From the NCBI GenBank assembly GCA_965285935.1, contig OZ260666.1, forward strand, positions 52,266,001 through 52,330,000: 64,000 bases of DNA. Direction: 5' to 3'. Below are positions 50,099 to 61,982 of the stretch, in pieces. The notes below the pieces were generated by a model that saw only the letters and a list, made by a program, of their open reading frames with translations, was not told where the DNA came from and did not search any database. Position numbers and translations under genes: made by a program. The first letter of the stretch is position 1, and each line of letters opens with the position of its first letter. This DNA comes from Ophelia neglecta (Eukaryota).

Positions 50099-53000
50099 CC
50101 CAGAGTGAGTTGGAAACTCCTTTTTTTTTCTTCAAATCTAATGCTTTTGCACTTTTATTTATCTTACTTGATTGGGATATTGTACTTGGACCATATCAAA
50201 ACCTTTTGTAGTATATTTATTATTTTATTTTAGGCTTTATATTTATTTTGGTTGAATATATATAAATGTAAAATTAACAGTTAGCTATTTGTCAGACGCT
50301 CATGTTTGAAGTCATTGGTTTATTAATTGCCTATGTAATAGTCACCTGATGTAAAACATATGAACATAATTGAGTTTAATTAAGGCTTAACCTCACAATA
50401 AGGCCAAAAAAAGAATACATCCAGGCATATTTATATATATATGGGTAATTCCACTTATTCCAGTTGCATTTTCAAGTCTGGCAAGCATACATGTGGTGGC
50501 AAGGGCTGACATTTTTATTTCATCAACATTTTGTTATATTAGGAAATTGCTTGCCATTGTTTTTTTTTCATATGCAATTGCACAAGTACTGTATAAGAAG
50601 GAGCTCTAGTTCCTTGACATTGCTTTGACAACCTGCTGTTGCTGGTGATGAGTCAACCATTTGATTTTAACCTTTGATTCTTGGCTCACTTGTTGTAAGG
50701 ATGTTTGGTCGGCTGCAGCAGACCTGATTCTCTGACCACCTGTTTGTTGGGATGCCTCCTACAATGATGATTCACCCACAGCGTTGAGAGCCTGCTCACT
50801 AGGCCCAGACCCTGTAACTGGGTGATCATTACCCATCAGAGCACCCATCCTAGCTCCCAGTCGGAGCTCCCTTCAGCCTGACCGTTGTAGCATGCCGCCA
50901 TCCATAGAGGAGGCTTTCCCCGCTGTCCAGATTTCAATAACCCTGTGAGGCTGTATTGAAAGGGATTGATGGCTGATCAGCCTGTTGTGTGATATTGCTG
51001 CTGACACGTTCTCCTCACATTTTGATACATGACCATCAATATATCGTCCCAATACAGGTCAGAGGCAGGATGATGTGTATTCAAGGCCAGAAGTATGAAT
51101 AATTAGTGGTCTTTCTTTCTGGCACATCTTCTAAGAAGTTACTCAGGCCACACCAGATAAATCATTGTTAACCTGACCTTTTGTGAAATATCCACATCTT
51201 TGTTTAAATATGTTAATTGCATTTTAACTGAGAAGCAATACTTCTTATGATTCCCAGGTTTGTCTAGTCCATTGCTTAACACTTGTCTTAGCTGTGATCT
51301 GCTTTGCTCTGCACCCAACAATCAGTATAATATTAGTAATATTAATGCATGGCACATTTGATAATTTACACTTCCAAAAGCAAATGGGAGTCTGATTTCC
51401 CCGAGACAGGTGTCCGTCACATCCAGTACATTATGTTTGGAGCCCCGTTGTTCATTAAAAAGGGACCTGTGGTGTGTGAATCAAGCTTTTTCTTACCCTG
51501 TCCTCACAATGGACTAATCTGCCATGTGTGTCTGCCCCTCTGCCTCTTCTCCTCTCCCTCACTGCCACACATGATGTATCCCTCTCTGGTCAGCAATGGA
51601 CACGGGCCAGGGAAGTTCTCCATTCTAGTTAATAATATCAATGGCTTTTCATCTACCAAATCAATGGTGTTTAGCCATATCAGTAGCACACTTGGTGGTA
51701 TTATGATAGCAATTCATGTCGGAAATAGGCAGCAGCCTTGACTGTTCATTGTAGCATATGTTCTTCAATCAATAATCAATCTCGAGTGGCTGATCAATGT
51801 GGTATGTGTTAGGTGGTATGTTTTACCAGAGATATTAGACAGCCTTTACACTGGGACTGGTGGCTGACGGTGCCCATCACCTGAATCATGTCAGCCATCA
51901 TCAAGGTGCAAGAAACTTTCATTGTTCTGGTGGATTGAATTTTGTGTCTCTTTGTGTCAAGAAGAGTGTGTTACTGTGAATTCAGAATCAACACTGATTA
52001 AAGCAACAAGTAAAAGGAATTCTTATTGTTTTCTGGATGCTATGGCTGTGTAAAAAGCTAAGGAATGAACTTGTGAGCCGGCTAGGAACTCAAGTCCTGA
52101 TATATTGTATTGTGGCTAGGCTCTGATGTGGTGATGTTGGATGTCATTGCCCAATGTTTACTATTGTGTGCAAAATGGACGTAGAAATACACCTATCATA
52201 TCAGTGACTTCTCTGATAGTGCCATAGACCACAAATGCTGAGTGTAATGTTTGCTTGCCATCCTGCCGGCCCTGGGACCTAGGGAGTCTGTATTCTCTGA
52301 TGAGTAGCCAGTGAGTAGCCAGTGGTCAGAACCGATGACCTGGGACCCATTAAAGAGAGAGTATGACAGAGAGAGTGTGTGATGAAGCTCCATGCACTGT
52401 CCCCACTTCCTGGCCACTGATTGTATTCCTCTTTCCGTATACATGTACACTCACATATTTGACTAAAAGTCTGGTTGCACATAAAAGAATTGCACCAACA
52501 ATAGATGGATGCATGTTCAAGTCCCAGAGCAGTGGACAAGCCTGCATGCAGAAAAGGCAGGATTACCAAACTCAGGGCTATCAGCATAATCAGTGTGTCT
52601 GGGAGTGATCTGAATCCCACATGATGGCTCCTTGGTTCAATATCTCTAACATTTATGGATTTACACTCAGAAAATAAATAGTTGCACAGTTATTCAGTGT
52701 TTACAGGAATGTTACGGTAGTTTGTTAAGATTATAACTCACCACACTTGGACCTTACAGCCTATGTAAGGTATCTCATCGAGCAATTTCCTTTTGAGTCC
52801 CAGGTCCCAGTGACTAGAAATGAGAAGTAAGCTGCTGGATTGCTAAGAATAATCACCAGATAAGCTGATAATTCTGCTACTTAGAGAGATAGCAAACAAA
52901 TTATGGGCTGAAATCAATGGAAGTAGTATTTCCTATCACCAGTTCCTGGGAGAAGTTTATACCCAGATAGTAATGTTTTGTGTAACTGCATGTAAGCAAC

Positions 53001-53375
53001 TGGGGTCTAACTAAAGATCTCAGTGGATCATTGTTCCATAAACAGTTTTGGTTTTCCTTGCGGAGAACAGTTTTGAATAATACAGGATATCAGTACAATG
53101 GAAAACAGTAGACCTTCTAACGCTGGATGTGGACCATTTAGCTATGAGGATTTTTAATCCATGACTGCCATTTTCTAAACTGGAAAACAAAGAAACTAGG
53201 AAAATGATACCAATTTGACTTTTGGGACTCCTATATAGATTATACCTTATGTTTTGTCTGGTCACAATTGGCAGTCCTGTCAGATAGTGTGGTAGCCAAG
53301 CCTACACCTTGATGGTCCTCATCTGAGATACATTCAGTACAGTTGATCCCCAGAGTATGAGACCCAGATAGTACA

Positions 53376-53540
53376 ATGGCAGGGGGATACACCCCCTCGA
53401 TCTATACAGACAAGACCTACTCGGCCAGTCTTTATGCCATGTGTGCGGTGGCCATACCAGAAGACTTTGATGACATTCCCTTGCCTTCTCGCAGTAAGAG
53501 TATGGAAGACTTGAGTGAGGAAGGCGGCTCCCAGAATAGG
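53376..53540 (+). CDS. Candidate alternative first coding exon of a short Trio isoform (MAGGYTPSIY...SMEDLSEEGGSQNR)
   Basis: ACAATGG Kozak; in-frame upstream TGA at 53358; 55 codons ending AGG|gtagga in phase 0, matching exon M; coding-like composition. Confidence 0.5.
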
Positions 53541-54310
53541 GTAGGAGTCTGGCAGGGTCATCGTCATGTACCTCTATATTGTAAATCAACAACCTAATTT
53601 GTCCACATTTAGACCCTTCACCCAATCTTCATCAGGCCCCAGGTCCTTGCGTGTTTGTTCCTGATCTCGACAGTGGAGCCCCCAGGCATGGCTTGCATGG
53701 GGAGATAATATACCTCTGTGACCCCTGTATCAGGTCCTAATAAGGCCTGGGCCGCAAACTATTCTCAGTCTGATCACATTATTTTATCTGCTGCTGGGTT
53801 TGATAGACCCAAAAGTCTGAGACTTCTGGCCAACAAGGAATCTGTGTTTAAACCAATTAATTTGCACTAGACACAATGCCGTTGATTAATATTTCAAGAT
53901 GTCTGAAATAAGCTCATGAACTCCTGTGAATTGTTGTCAATAGTACTCAAAGTTGGCATGCCAGAATAAAAGAACATGTACGTCAATTTGTGTACTGTGG
54001 AAAGATTGGAGCCACTACAGTACATGAAACTTGATAAGAGATGCCCTGGTGGTTTGTGTATATTTGAAAAATTTAAAGTCAAAACATGAGACAAGATCCA
54101 ATCTTGCACCGTCCATAAAACCTCAATGTCGGTTTGTAACATACCAACCACCTTCATGACAGAATATTTGTATACCGCTAGTTGTATTTCCCAGCAGTAC
54201 ATCTTATAGGTGACATTGGGGTGCTTTATTGTAATTGTCTGACAATAGAACTCTCCTATGTCACAGTCACTTGTGTGTTATTGTGTTTTATATATATGTG
54301 GTATTTTCAG

Positions 54311-54393
54311 GAGACCCGAGAGAAGGTAAAGCTGCTGATCCAGCTGGCTGACAGTCTGGTGGAGAAGGGACATGCCCATGCTGCCAGTATCAA
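54311..54393 (+). CDS. TRIO: Trio exon M: ETREKVKLLIQLADSLVEKGHAHAASI(K)
   Basis: ttttcag|GAG ... AA|gtatgt; 83 nt, phase 0/2. Confidence 0.94.
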
Positions 54394-54672
54394 GTATGTA
54401 ACTGTATTTTCTACACAATTCAGCTCATGGTCTGATCTTAACAGAGAAGAATGCTAATTCATAAAGGCCCCAGTGTCTTGCTGAAGATTTAATCAAATGC
54501 CTTTGACATTCAACTGACAAGGCTTCTTCCCAACCAATTGCAAATGTACGTGTACATGCTGCCATGCTGGGAAAGACTTACACCAATTTAGCCACCCTTC
54601 TCAATTGGTTAATTTCTATCCTTTTATTTGGTTACCAGCTAACATGAGGGTTTATTTTCTTCCGTTGTGCAG

Positions 54673-54778
54673 GTCATGGGTTGCTGCTGTGGACAAACGC
54701 TACAAGGATTTTTCCTCACGAATGGAGAAGTACAGAATGAAGCTGGAGACGACACTTGGTCTGACGCATGACTCCAGC
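54673..54778 (+). CDS. TRIO: Trio exon N: SWVAAVDKRYKDFSSRMEKYRMKLETTLGLTHDSS
   Basis: gtgcag|G ... AGC|gtaagt; 106 nt, phase 2/0. Confidence 0.93.
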
Positions 54779-55210
54779 GTAAGTCGTCTGCTATGGAGTA
54801 CATGTACCGCTAACTGAGCTCTCTATGTATCCTATGTGTATGATATCTGTGAACATCTAGTACCAGAAAGTGTAAATACAAAGATATATTTGAAGTCTGT
54901 AAGTCTGGACATTTTTTTTATTTTGAAAAAGCTTGGGTGGCCAAAAAATAAGAACTTCGAACAGCACAAAGTGTAAATTGTTTCTCTTAGACCTTAACCA
55001 GTGAATTGCCAGATGCCCAGTTCTATTTTTTTAAACTACTGCCTTGATCATATGTTGTTGTGTATACATGAACTATGTTCAAGACTAGGTATCTGTGGTC
55101 AGTCCAAAATCACAGTTAAGTTGTTCTTGAAAATGGTTAACGATGAAGCTGGATAGTTATCATTCAGTATAGGAGCAAGTGATTATTTGTTATTTGTATG
55201 TGTTTTGTAG

Positions 55211-55314
55211 AGTGAGAAGGAGGACCGACACAGTGACCCCGCACTGGAAGAAAAACTACAGCAGACGGCCAAGGAACTCAACGAGGAGAAGCGAAAGTCT
55301 GCTCGCAGGAAAGA
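55211..55314 (+). CDS. TRIO: Trio exon O (pre-DH linker): SEKEDRHSDPALEEKLQQTAKELNEEKRKSARRK(E)
   Basis: ttttgtag|AGT ... GA|gtacgt; 104 nt, phase 0/2. Confidence 0.93.
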
Positions 55315-55589
55315 GTACGTTCTATTACCTTAATACCACATCTAAACCAGTATTAAATAATTAGAAAAAGTCATATTATGATTTGATATCTTGGAGAGAA
55401 TATAATCCTAGATACATGCCTAACTAAGAACTTAATACCTTGCTGAAAGATCCCTTTTTATGAACGATTGTAAAAGTAAATTGTGCACCAAGATATCCTA
55501 AAATGTTGATAAGCTTGTGTGTACTAGAATTTGTAAAGCTATAAATAAAGTAGATGAATTTGACGATGAACTTTCTGATATCACTGTAG

Positions 55590-55656
55590 GTTTATCATGG
55601 CTGAACTTCTCCAAACAGAAAGAACCTATGTCAAGGATCTGGAAACTTGTATTAAT
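55590..55656 (+). CDS. TRIO: Trio exon P (DH1 start): FIMAELLQTERTYVKDLETCIN
   Basis: actgtag|G ... AAT|gtaaga; 67 nt, phase 2/0. DH CR1 motif EL.QTE..YV.DL. Confidence 0.94.
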
Positions 55657-56088
55657 GTAAGATATGTCTGTTGTAATGCTAATCAATTGGTTTCTTATGT
55701 AATAGACACAAATAAAAATATCACAATGCTTTTAGGAATTTTTCTGTGAGAAATTCATTATCTCAAGTAGTGCCTAGAACAGAATTTTTGATGACTCTTG
55801 CCTATAAATTGTGGAAATAAAAGGAGTAAGCTAGTGGTTAGATTATTGGATCATCCATACAAGGGAAACACTGAATTAAATTTGGGCTGAAAAAAGGGAA
55901 AACAGGAGCTCCAGAAGAGCTGTGTGCCACCACATGTGTGCTACCAGTGATGATAACAATTGCCAGCTGGTGAGCACCCAAACTGATTGTGTCTTCCTCA
56001 GATAACTAACAGGAAGTGCTGATACGCCCTCTCGAGATATCTAAGGTGTTAGTCTCATGGTCAAGTAGCACTGTTGCATATACATGTA

Positions 56089-56265
56089 CAGTGAATCCTG
56101 CTTTAAAGACCACCTCTATATTCAGACAACCTGCAAATTCAGACCACCCATAAAAAGACCATAGTACACTCTTTCAATGTAAAATAACTGTGTAAACAGA
56201 CCACCTCAGTAATCAGACCAGTTTGTGCCAGTCCCTTGGGTGGTCTTAATGCACAGGTTTCACTG
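56089..56265. mobile_element. Tc1/mariner (pogo/Tigger-like) MITE
   Basis: TA|cagtgaatcctgctttaaagaccacc ... ggtggtcttaatgcacaggtttcactg|TA: imperfect TIRs of about 26 bp, CAGT termini, TA TSD. Confidence 0.85.
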
Positions 56266-56903
56266 TACTTGAAAAGTGTGTTGCAATCTTGCAAATTCAG
56301 CATTTAAACATTAGATGTGAAAAAGAGACACTAGACAAGGCCAAACAAATGGTAAGGGGTTCACAATGCCCTGGCTGTCTGAATCAATGGTTTGTGCCCT
56401 TACCCAGAATATTGCCCTGTGATTCCTGGCGATTTCAATTATGATCAGTCTGCAACCAGAAAATTCAGTTTGTGACCCTGCAAGAATAGTCAATATTGCT
56501 GGGGCAATAGGACATTGAGACTATGTTGTGTAATTCAGAAAACATAAGACCATTAATGTGTCAACACCAATGGAAGAGAAACATGTCCCATTTGGCAAAT
56601 TACCTAACCAAATTTGGCAGATTAATTTATCCATACATGTAGAAAATGATGCATATTAATTTTATTGTCTGATTTTAGAAATAATTTTTAACATATTTAT
56701 ATTTCAACATAGAAAATATTTTTTTGTTCCTTAAACATGCATAAAACTTGTGTCAATTAATATTTAAAGAGTCCCAAAACTATCTCCATTCTGTGATAAT
56801 ATGTGGAATTACTTTTAACACATATAGTTTGCCATTTATCTATTGACTATGCCAGTATTATTTCATTATCTGTGGTGATCTAAACCACCTTTATTCATTG
56901 CAG

Positions 56904-57010
56904 TGTTACATGAAGGGCATGCAGAATGCTAATTATGTGCCATCCGGTATTGCCAACAAAGTGCATGTCATATTTGGAAACATGGAGGATATTTATACTT
57001 TTCATAACAA
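56904..57010 (+). CDS. TRIO: Trio exon Q (DH1): CYMKGMQNANYVPSGIANKVHVIFGNMEDIYTFHN
   Basis: attgcag|TGT ... AA|gtaagc; 107 nt, phase 0/2. IFGN..DIY.FH DH motif. Confidence 0.94.
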
Positions 57011-57126
57011 GTAAGCTCTGTTTTTGTTTGCTCAAAGAGGTACAACTGAATCTTTACTAATCAGCGTTCAATGAAATTTTAAAGAGATTTTCTGGGCTTT
57101 ATGTTGACGTGAAAGTAAAGTAGTAG

Positions 57127-57411
<285 letters not shown>

Positions 57412-57490
57412 TGATAATTTGTATTATTATAAGGTAAAAGAGTAGAAAGGAGTTTAGGGTATTTGTTTCATGGACTGTGTTTTTTTGCAG

Positions 57491-57715
57491 GCTGAGCGTT
57501 TTTCTATCTATGTGACGTACTGTAAGAACAAGCCAGACTCTAACCAAGTGCTGGTACAGTTCGCCGGGACCTTCTTTGACGAGATCCAGCACCGTCATGA
57601 CCTGCCCGGCCCTATCGCATCCTATCTCATCAAACCTGTACAGAGAATTACCAAATACCAACTACTACTCAAAGACCTGCTGTCCTGCTGCGAAGAGGGA
57701 CAAGGCGAAATCAAG
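57491..57715 (+). CDS. TRIO: Trio exon S (DH1): [17 protein letters not shown]...[31 protein letters not shown]
   Basis: ttttgcag|GCT ... AAG|gtcggc; 225 nt, phase 0/0. DH CR3 motif. Confidence 0.95.
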
Positions 57716-58655
57716 GTCGGCCTTCAATACTCTGTTCTTGTATGTTAAAGGTTGAAAATCATGTTCTAAACAAGTACTAAACACTAACCGATGTTATGAT
57801 AGGGTTCCCAAGCCGAGAATCTGCAACAAGGGGGAAATTGACAGTTTGTCATTCCCAGTTGGGAATTAACCGGGATTGTTGATAAAATAAGGTCAAAATC
57901 TGTGAATTTACCTGGAAAATATAAAACCAGAAGAAAACAGATTTCTTTGCTGTATATTTCCATGGTCCTTGTGCCGTTGATCAAGGTGTGAAGAGCCTTG
58001 TTGTGAGGACAAGTGCAGTTTATTTATTTGGGAACTGGTGCTAGTAGTATATTTCAAGATTGTGGCAGTGCCTTAGCATAGACTGTGCACTCTACTAGAC
58101 CAATGAAAGCAGTCTCTGGCAAACAAGATTTCCAGTGTACCTTGTTTTCTAGTGGGAAGTATCGGGACAAACCAATCACATAGGCCGTTGGTAATTCTAT
58201 AGAGCATATCAAAAAATGTCACTCAGCTGAAAAGGTATCTTGTATATTTTGAGCATTTTAACATAGCCGGTAACAACAAGTTTGTTCACATTGCTGGGCT
58301 CAATGAGTGATAATATGTATAGTTCATGTCAACAACCTTAGTTTTTTTACCATCCTTTATTACATAGAACAAATTGAAAATAACCCTGTGAAATCTATAA
58401 ATATAACAGTGAAAATTAATCTTGACTGGGATATAGGCTTGAATGTTGTCAGGATGGAAAAAAGTGGGAACTCTATGAATATGTGTAAAGGGTATTTTAT
58501 GAAAAGAAAAATATGTATGTAAACTGTTATTATACTCGACTTATATTAAGGCCTATCTGCTTAAGCTGTTGATGAATTTCCTTGATCATAGTATCCCATT
58601 GAAATACTTTACTTTAAAGTTTAAAGATTGTATCAGACATTTGTTTGGTTTTCAG

Positions 58656-58733
58656 GATGGTCTTGAAGTAATGTTAAATGTGCCAAAAAGAGCCAATGAT
58701 GCCATGCACTTGTCTATGCTGGATGGATATGAC
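58656..58733 (+). CDS. TRIO: Trio exon T (DH1 end): DGLEVMLNVPKRANDAMHLSMLDGYD
   Basis: ttttcag|GAT ... GAC|gtaagt; 78 nt, phase 0/0. Confidence 0.95.
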
Positions 58734-59095
58734 GTAAGTAAATCTCAAGGCTTTACGCAACTTGTATATCATAACTAGGTAAAGCCCAGGGATATATGCG
58801 CCTTATATATCTTAACGGCTATACGCACCTTATATATTATAACTAAGTAAAGCTCATGGCTGTATCTGTATCTGATTTATTATAACTAAGTTAAGCTCAT
58901 GGCTGTATCTGTATCTGATTTAATATAACTAAATGAAGCCTATGGTCATACTCTCATGTGCTATATTACAAGGAGTGAAGCCCAGTAAATACATGTTATA
59001 CCGTCCAAGTAAGATGAAGCCCAGAGCTTGGTATATGTTATTTATTAAAACCAAGTTAAGGCTTGAGCTGTACACTTCTTATAAGTTATGGCTTC
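58734..59095 (+). repeat. Decayed array of about 43-bp units beginning at the exon T donor
   Basis: Two near-identical copies of gtaaagctcatggctgtatctgtatctgatttattataactaa plus diverged copies; the first starts in gtaagtaaatctcaaggct. Confidence 0.7.
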
Positions 59096-59270
59096 ATGTA
59101 AGAAAAGGCCAGGGCTATTCAAAATATGTATAATTGATAAATGAGTAAAAAACACTACTATATGTATAAATATTCTAATATGGAGAAGCCTGTTTCACTG
59201 TTGTATTGTTTCTGGTCAAGTTTTCCACAGTATGTCTTGTCAGTCACCCTGTTTGGTGTTCCATCCGTAG

Positions 59271-59459
59271 GAGCAGTTAAATGTAGAGACCCTGGGAGAA
59301 GTTCTGCTTCAGGACCAGTTCACAGTCTGGGACCCAAAGCAGCTCATCAAAAAAGGCAGAGAAAGGCACCTCTTCCTCTTTGAAATGTGTCTCCTCTTCT
59401 CAAAAGAAACCAAAGATAGCACCGGAAAGTCTAAATATATCTACAAGTTTAAACTCATG
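59271..59459 (+). CDS. TRIO: Trio exon U (PH1): (EQ)LNVETLGEVLLQDQFTVWDPKQLIKKGRERHLFLFEM...KYIYKFKLM
   Basis: ccgtag|GAG (start could instead be 59274 or 59277, tandem NAGs) ... ATG|gtaggt; phase 0/0. Confidence 0.92.
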
Positions 59460-59794
59460 GTAGGTGATTATGGAAGATGTGTGTGTTGCCAATATCTGGA
59501 CGGAATTATTGAACTTTTATATGTTATTTTAGTTTTTCTGGAATGACAATAGTAGTTGTACTACAAGGATAAGGTCTTATGTTGGCCAGTCATTATTCAC
59601 TTAAATTTGACATATGGAAGATTGGACAAGCTTCTATGGAGTTGTAGTCACCCGTTGAAGTGATGGGGAAATATTTGAAATTTACAGTTTCCACATGTAA
59701 TAAGATGTAGTTGCATGTCCAGATAGCTAGTTTTATCAAATGCACTATTAATTAAACACTACAGTTATTATGATCAGAGCTGTTCTTTTTACAG

Positions 59795-59899
59795 ACCAAT
59801 GAGATTGGTGTGACAGAGCACATAGAGGGAGATGAGTGTAAATTTGCCATTTGGACTGGTACTGTGGCTCCTGTGTCTGACTACAAAGTAGTACTCAGG
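59795..59899 (+). CDS. TRIO: Trio exon V (PH1): TNEIGVTEHIEGDECKFAIWTGTVAPVSDYKVVLR
   Basis: ttttacag|ACC ... AGG|gtaagt; 105 nt, phase 0/0. Confidence 0.95.
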
Positions 59900-60075
59900 G
59901 TAAGTAGTATACGGAACTGGCAAAGCCATCCTTTACAAGAGCAAGAGAGGACTTACATAGTAGTAACAGATTTTATAAAATGTCAAGAGATTTCCGAGGG
60001 GGGAGGATTTTGATAATATGCTGGTAACCTTTACTCTGTGATTCTGGTGTCAGTATGTGTTTTTTGATTGCTCAG

Positions 60076-60224
60076 GCCTCCTCCCTGGAAACTAAGCAGC
60101 TGTGGATCAGACGTCTGAGAGAGCTGATCCAGGAGAGACTGCTCTACATCAGCTCAGCCCTCAACAAGGGCCCCATCTTCAAACCTCCACCACTAAAGAT
60201 GTTCAGCCAGAACAGAGCCAGCAG
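60076..60224 (+). CDS. TRIO: Trio exon W (PH1 end): ASSLETKQLWIRRLRELIQERLL...SQNRAS(R)
   Basis: gctcag|GCC ... AG|gtcaga; 149 nt, phase 0/2. PH C-terminal helix with the conserved Trp. Confidence 0.9.
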
Positions 60225-60514
60225 GTCAGACAAACTCTATAATCAATGTGTATCTTTAACTAAGACATCACCTTCTCCAGTGATCCTAACATAAACCTGC
60301 TAGCATCAGTATGTCAGATATTGTAACATTTCAGAATTTCGCATGAATTATTGGCAGACCCTCCTAAATTTGCTGTCGACTTGGAATTTTTTTAAGTGAC
60401 CTTACAAATTCAAATGAGAAAGGAAAAATCATTATATCCTACACTGTTGGGGTTCATTGATCATGTTGTTCCAAGGTTTTGTCTTGTGTTGATATATTCT
60501 GATGTGGTTTATAG

Positions 60515-60680
60515 AGACATGGACGACTCGACATCACTTGAAGACATGTCTTTTGAGCGTTCACTGCCAGAACGAGGCTCTATGACTTCCATGACCTCTA
60601 TGAACTCCAACGCCACCACGTGTACTACTGACAGTTCCGGGAGTGGCTGTAGTTTTAACGCTACCAACTCTGTTAATAAG
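60515..60680 (+). CDS. TRIO: Trio exon X (Ser/Thr-rich linker before SH3): DMDDSTSLEDMSFERS...NATNSVNK
   Basis: tttatag|A ... AAG|gtagga; 166 nt, phase 2/0. Phase fits exon W; composition resembles the RDGEDLDSQGDGSS..SIASRTS..DSDK linker. Confidence 0.8.
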
Positions 60681-61148
60681 GTAGGACCCTCTCTTTTTAT
60701 ATGCCACACAAAAATCTCAAAACATCTGTAGAAGGTTAGGGTTCTCTGGACAAAACACATATAACTACGAGGTAAAGCATTAACAGCAAGAAAATCTCCA
60801 ATGTAGTTTAAAGGGTAGGACTGTAAATTAAAATAGGAACTAGCTATAAGAGTTAATAATACTGATGGATGAAACCTCCATGCCATTGTTGCAGTTTTTG
60901 CCCAAACTAGGGGACAAATCTGCATAAAATTTACAGGGAAAACAGAACATGGTTATGAGCAAAACCCACAAATAGTAAATATCAGAAATAAGGATAAAAA
61001 CATATGTACTGTTAAATAATTGCTAACTTTCAACCACAGAAGACTATGTACAAGATTACATAATGAAAAAAGGACATACATGTGCAATAATTTTCTTCTA
61101 CCCCAGGGCATGGTGTACCAAGTTATATACCCAAGATGCTATAGATTA

Positions 61149-61586
61149 TTTATGCCTCCACCCTGAAGGATGGGAGGCATTAGGTAGTCCAGTGATCTCA
61201 TATTTGACCTTGGGTCCCTTTTTTTAGGATGAAATAGAATTTATTTTGTAATGATCTGTGGGAGGTCTCCTTTTTTTAATTCTTAACTGCCAGGGTTAAA
61301 CCTCTGAAATTTGGCATGAAGGTAGCCCTTGAGATTCTGTGCATTTTTTATTAGGTATGTCCGTAGAGAAAATCCTGTTTTCCTGCCATTTTTAGACCTT
61401 AAAAGTAAATTTTTGGAAACACAAGCTGGTAATTTGATGAGGAGCATCTTCCCCTCATATCAGGTTTCTTTATTTTGCAATTCAATATTAAACTGCTTGC
61501 TGTCCATTGCGGAGACATCCATGCATCACCAGGTGTTGATTGACAGTCAGACCCGAGTACGCTCCGAATCCAGTTATATCTAGTTT
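61149..61586 (+). mobile_element. Non-autonomous Helentron-associated (HINE/DINE-1-like) element
   Basis: 5' ttATGCCTCC...GGAGGCAT short inverted repeat; 3' GGAGACAT sub-terminal repeat; CpG-rich 3' segment; terminus ...atatctagttt in T-rich context; no TSD. Confidence 0.6.
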
Positions 61587-61891
61587 ATAGCAGTTTTGGT
61601 TGTAATGTTAATTAATGTAAATTGAGTTATCAAACAATTCAATGAAACTTCTATGGGCAGATGTCTGCTGAATTCAAGGGGGGAGTTTAAAGGAAGTGTG
61701 CTTATTTGCACTGTGGCTGATACTTGTTCATGATCAGACATCCTAGAACTGGTTAAATGGACATTAGCCTTCAGATTATGTAGGTTTTTTTTATCATGAT
61801 TCTTGACATTTTCTAATGACTCTAGACCCTGCTTGCACCTGATTCCTGTTGGAGGCTATTTACTCTCACATTTGTGTCCACAAAAACTTCT

Positions 61892-61982
61892 TATGCAGAG
61901 AATACTGGCTGGTATTTATCTATGCAGAAGATACTGGCTGGTGTTTATCTGTGCAGAGAATACTGGTTGGTGTTTATCAGAT
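61892..61982. repeat. Short tandem repeat, 3 copies of about 30 bp (tgcagagaatactggctggtgtttatc)
   Basis: Direct reading. Confidence 0.8.
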
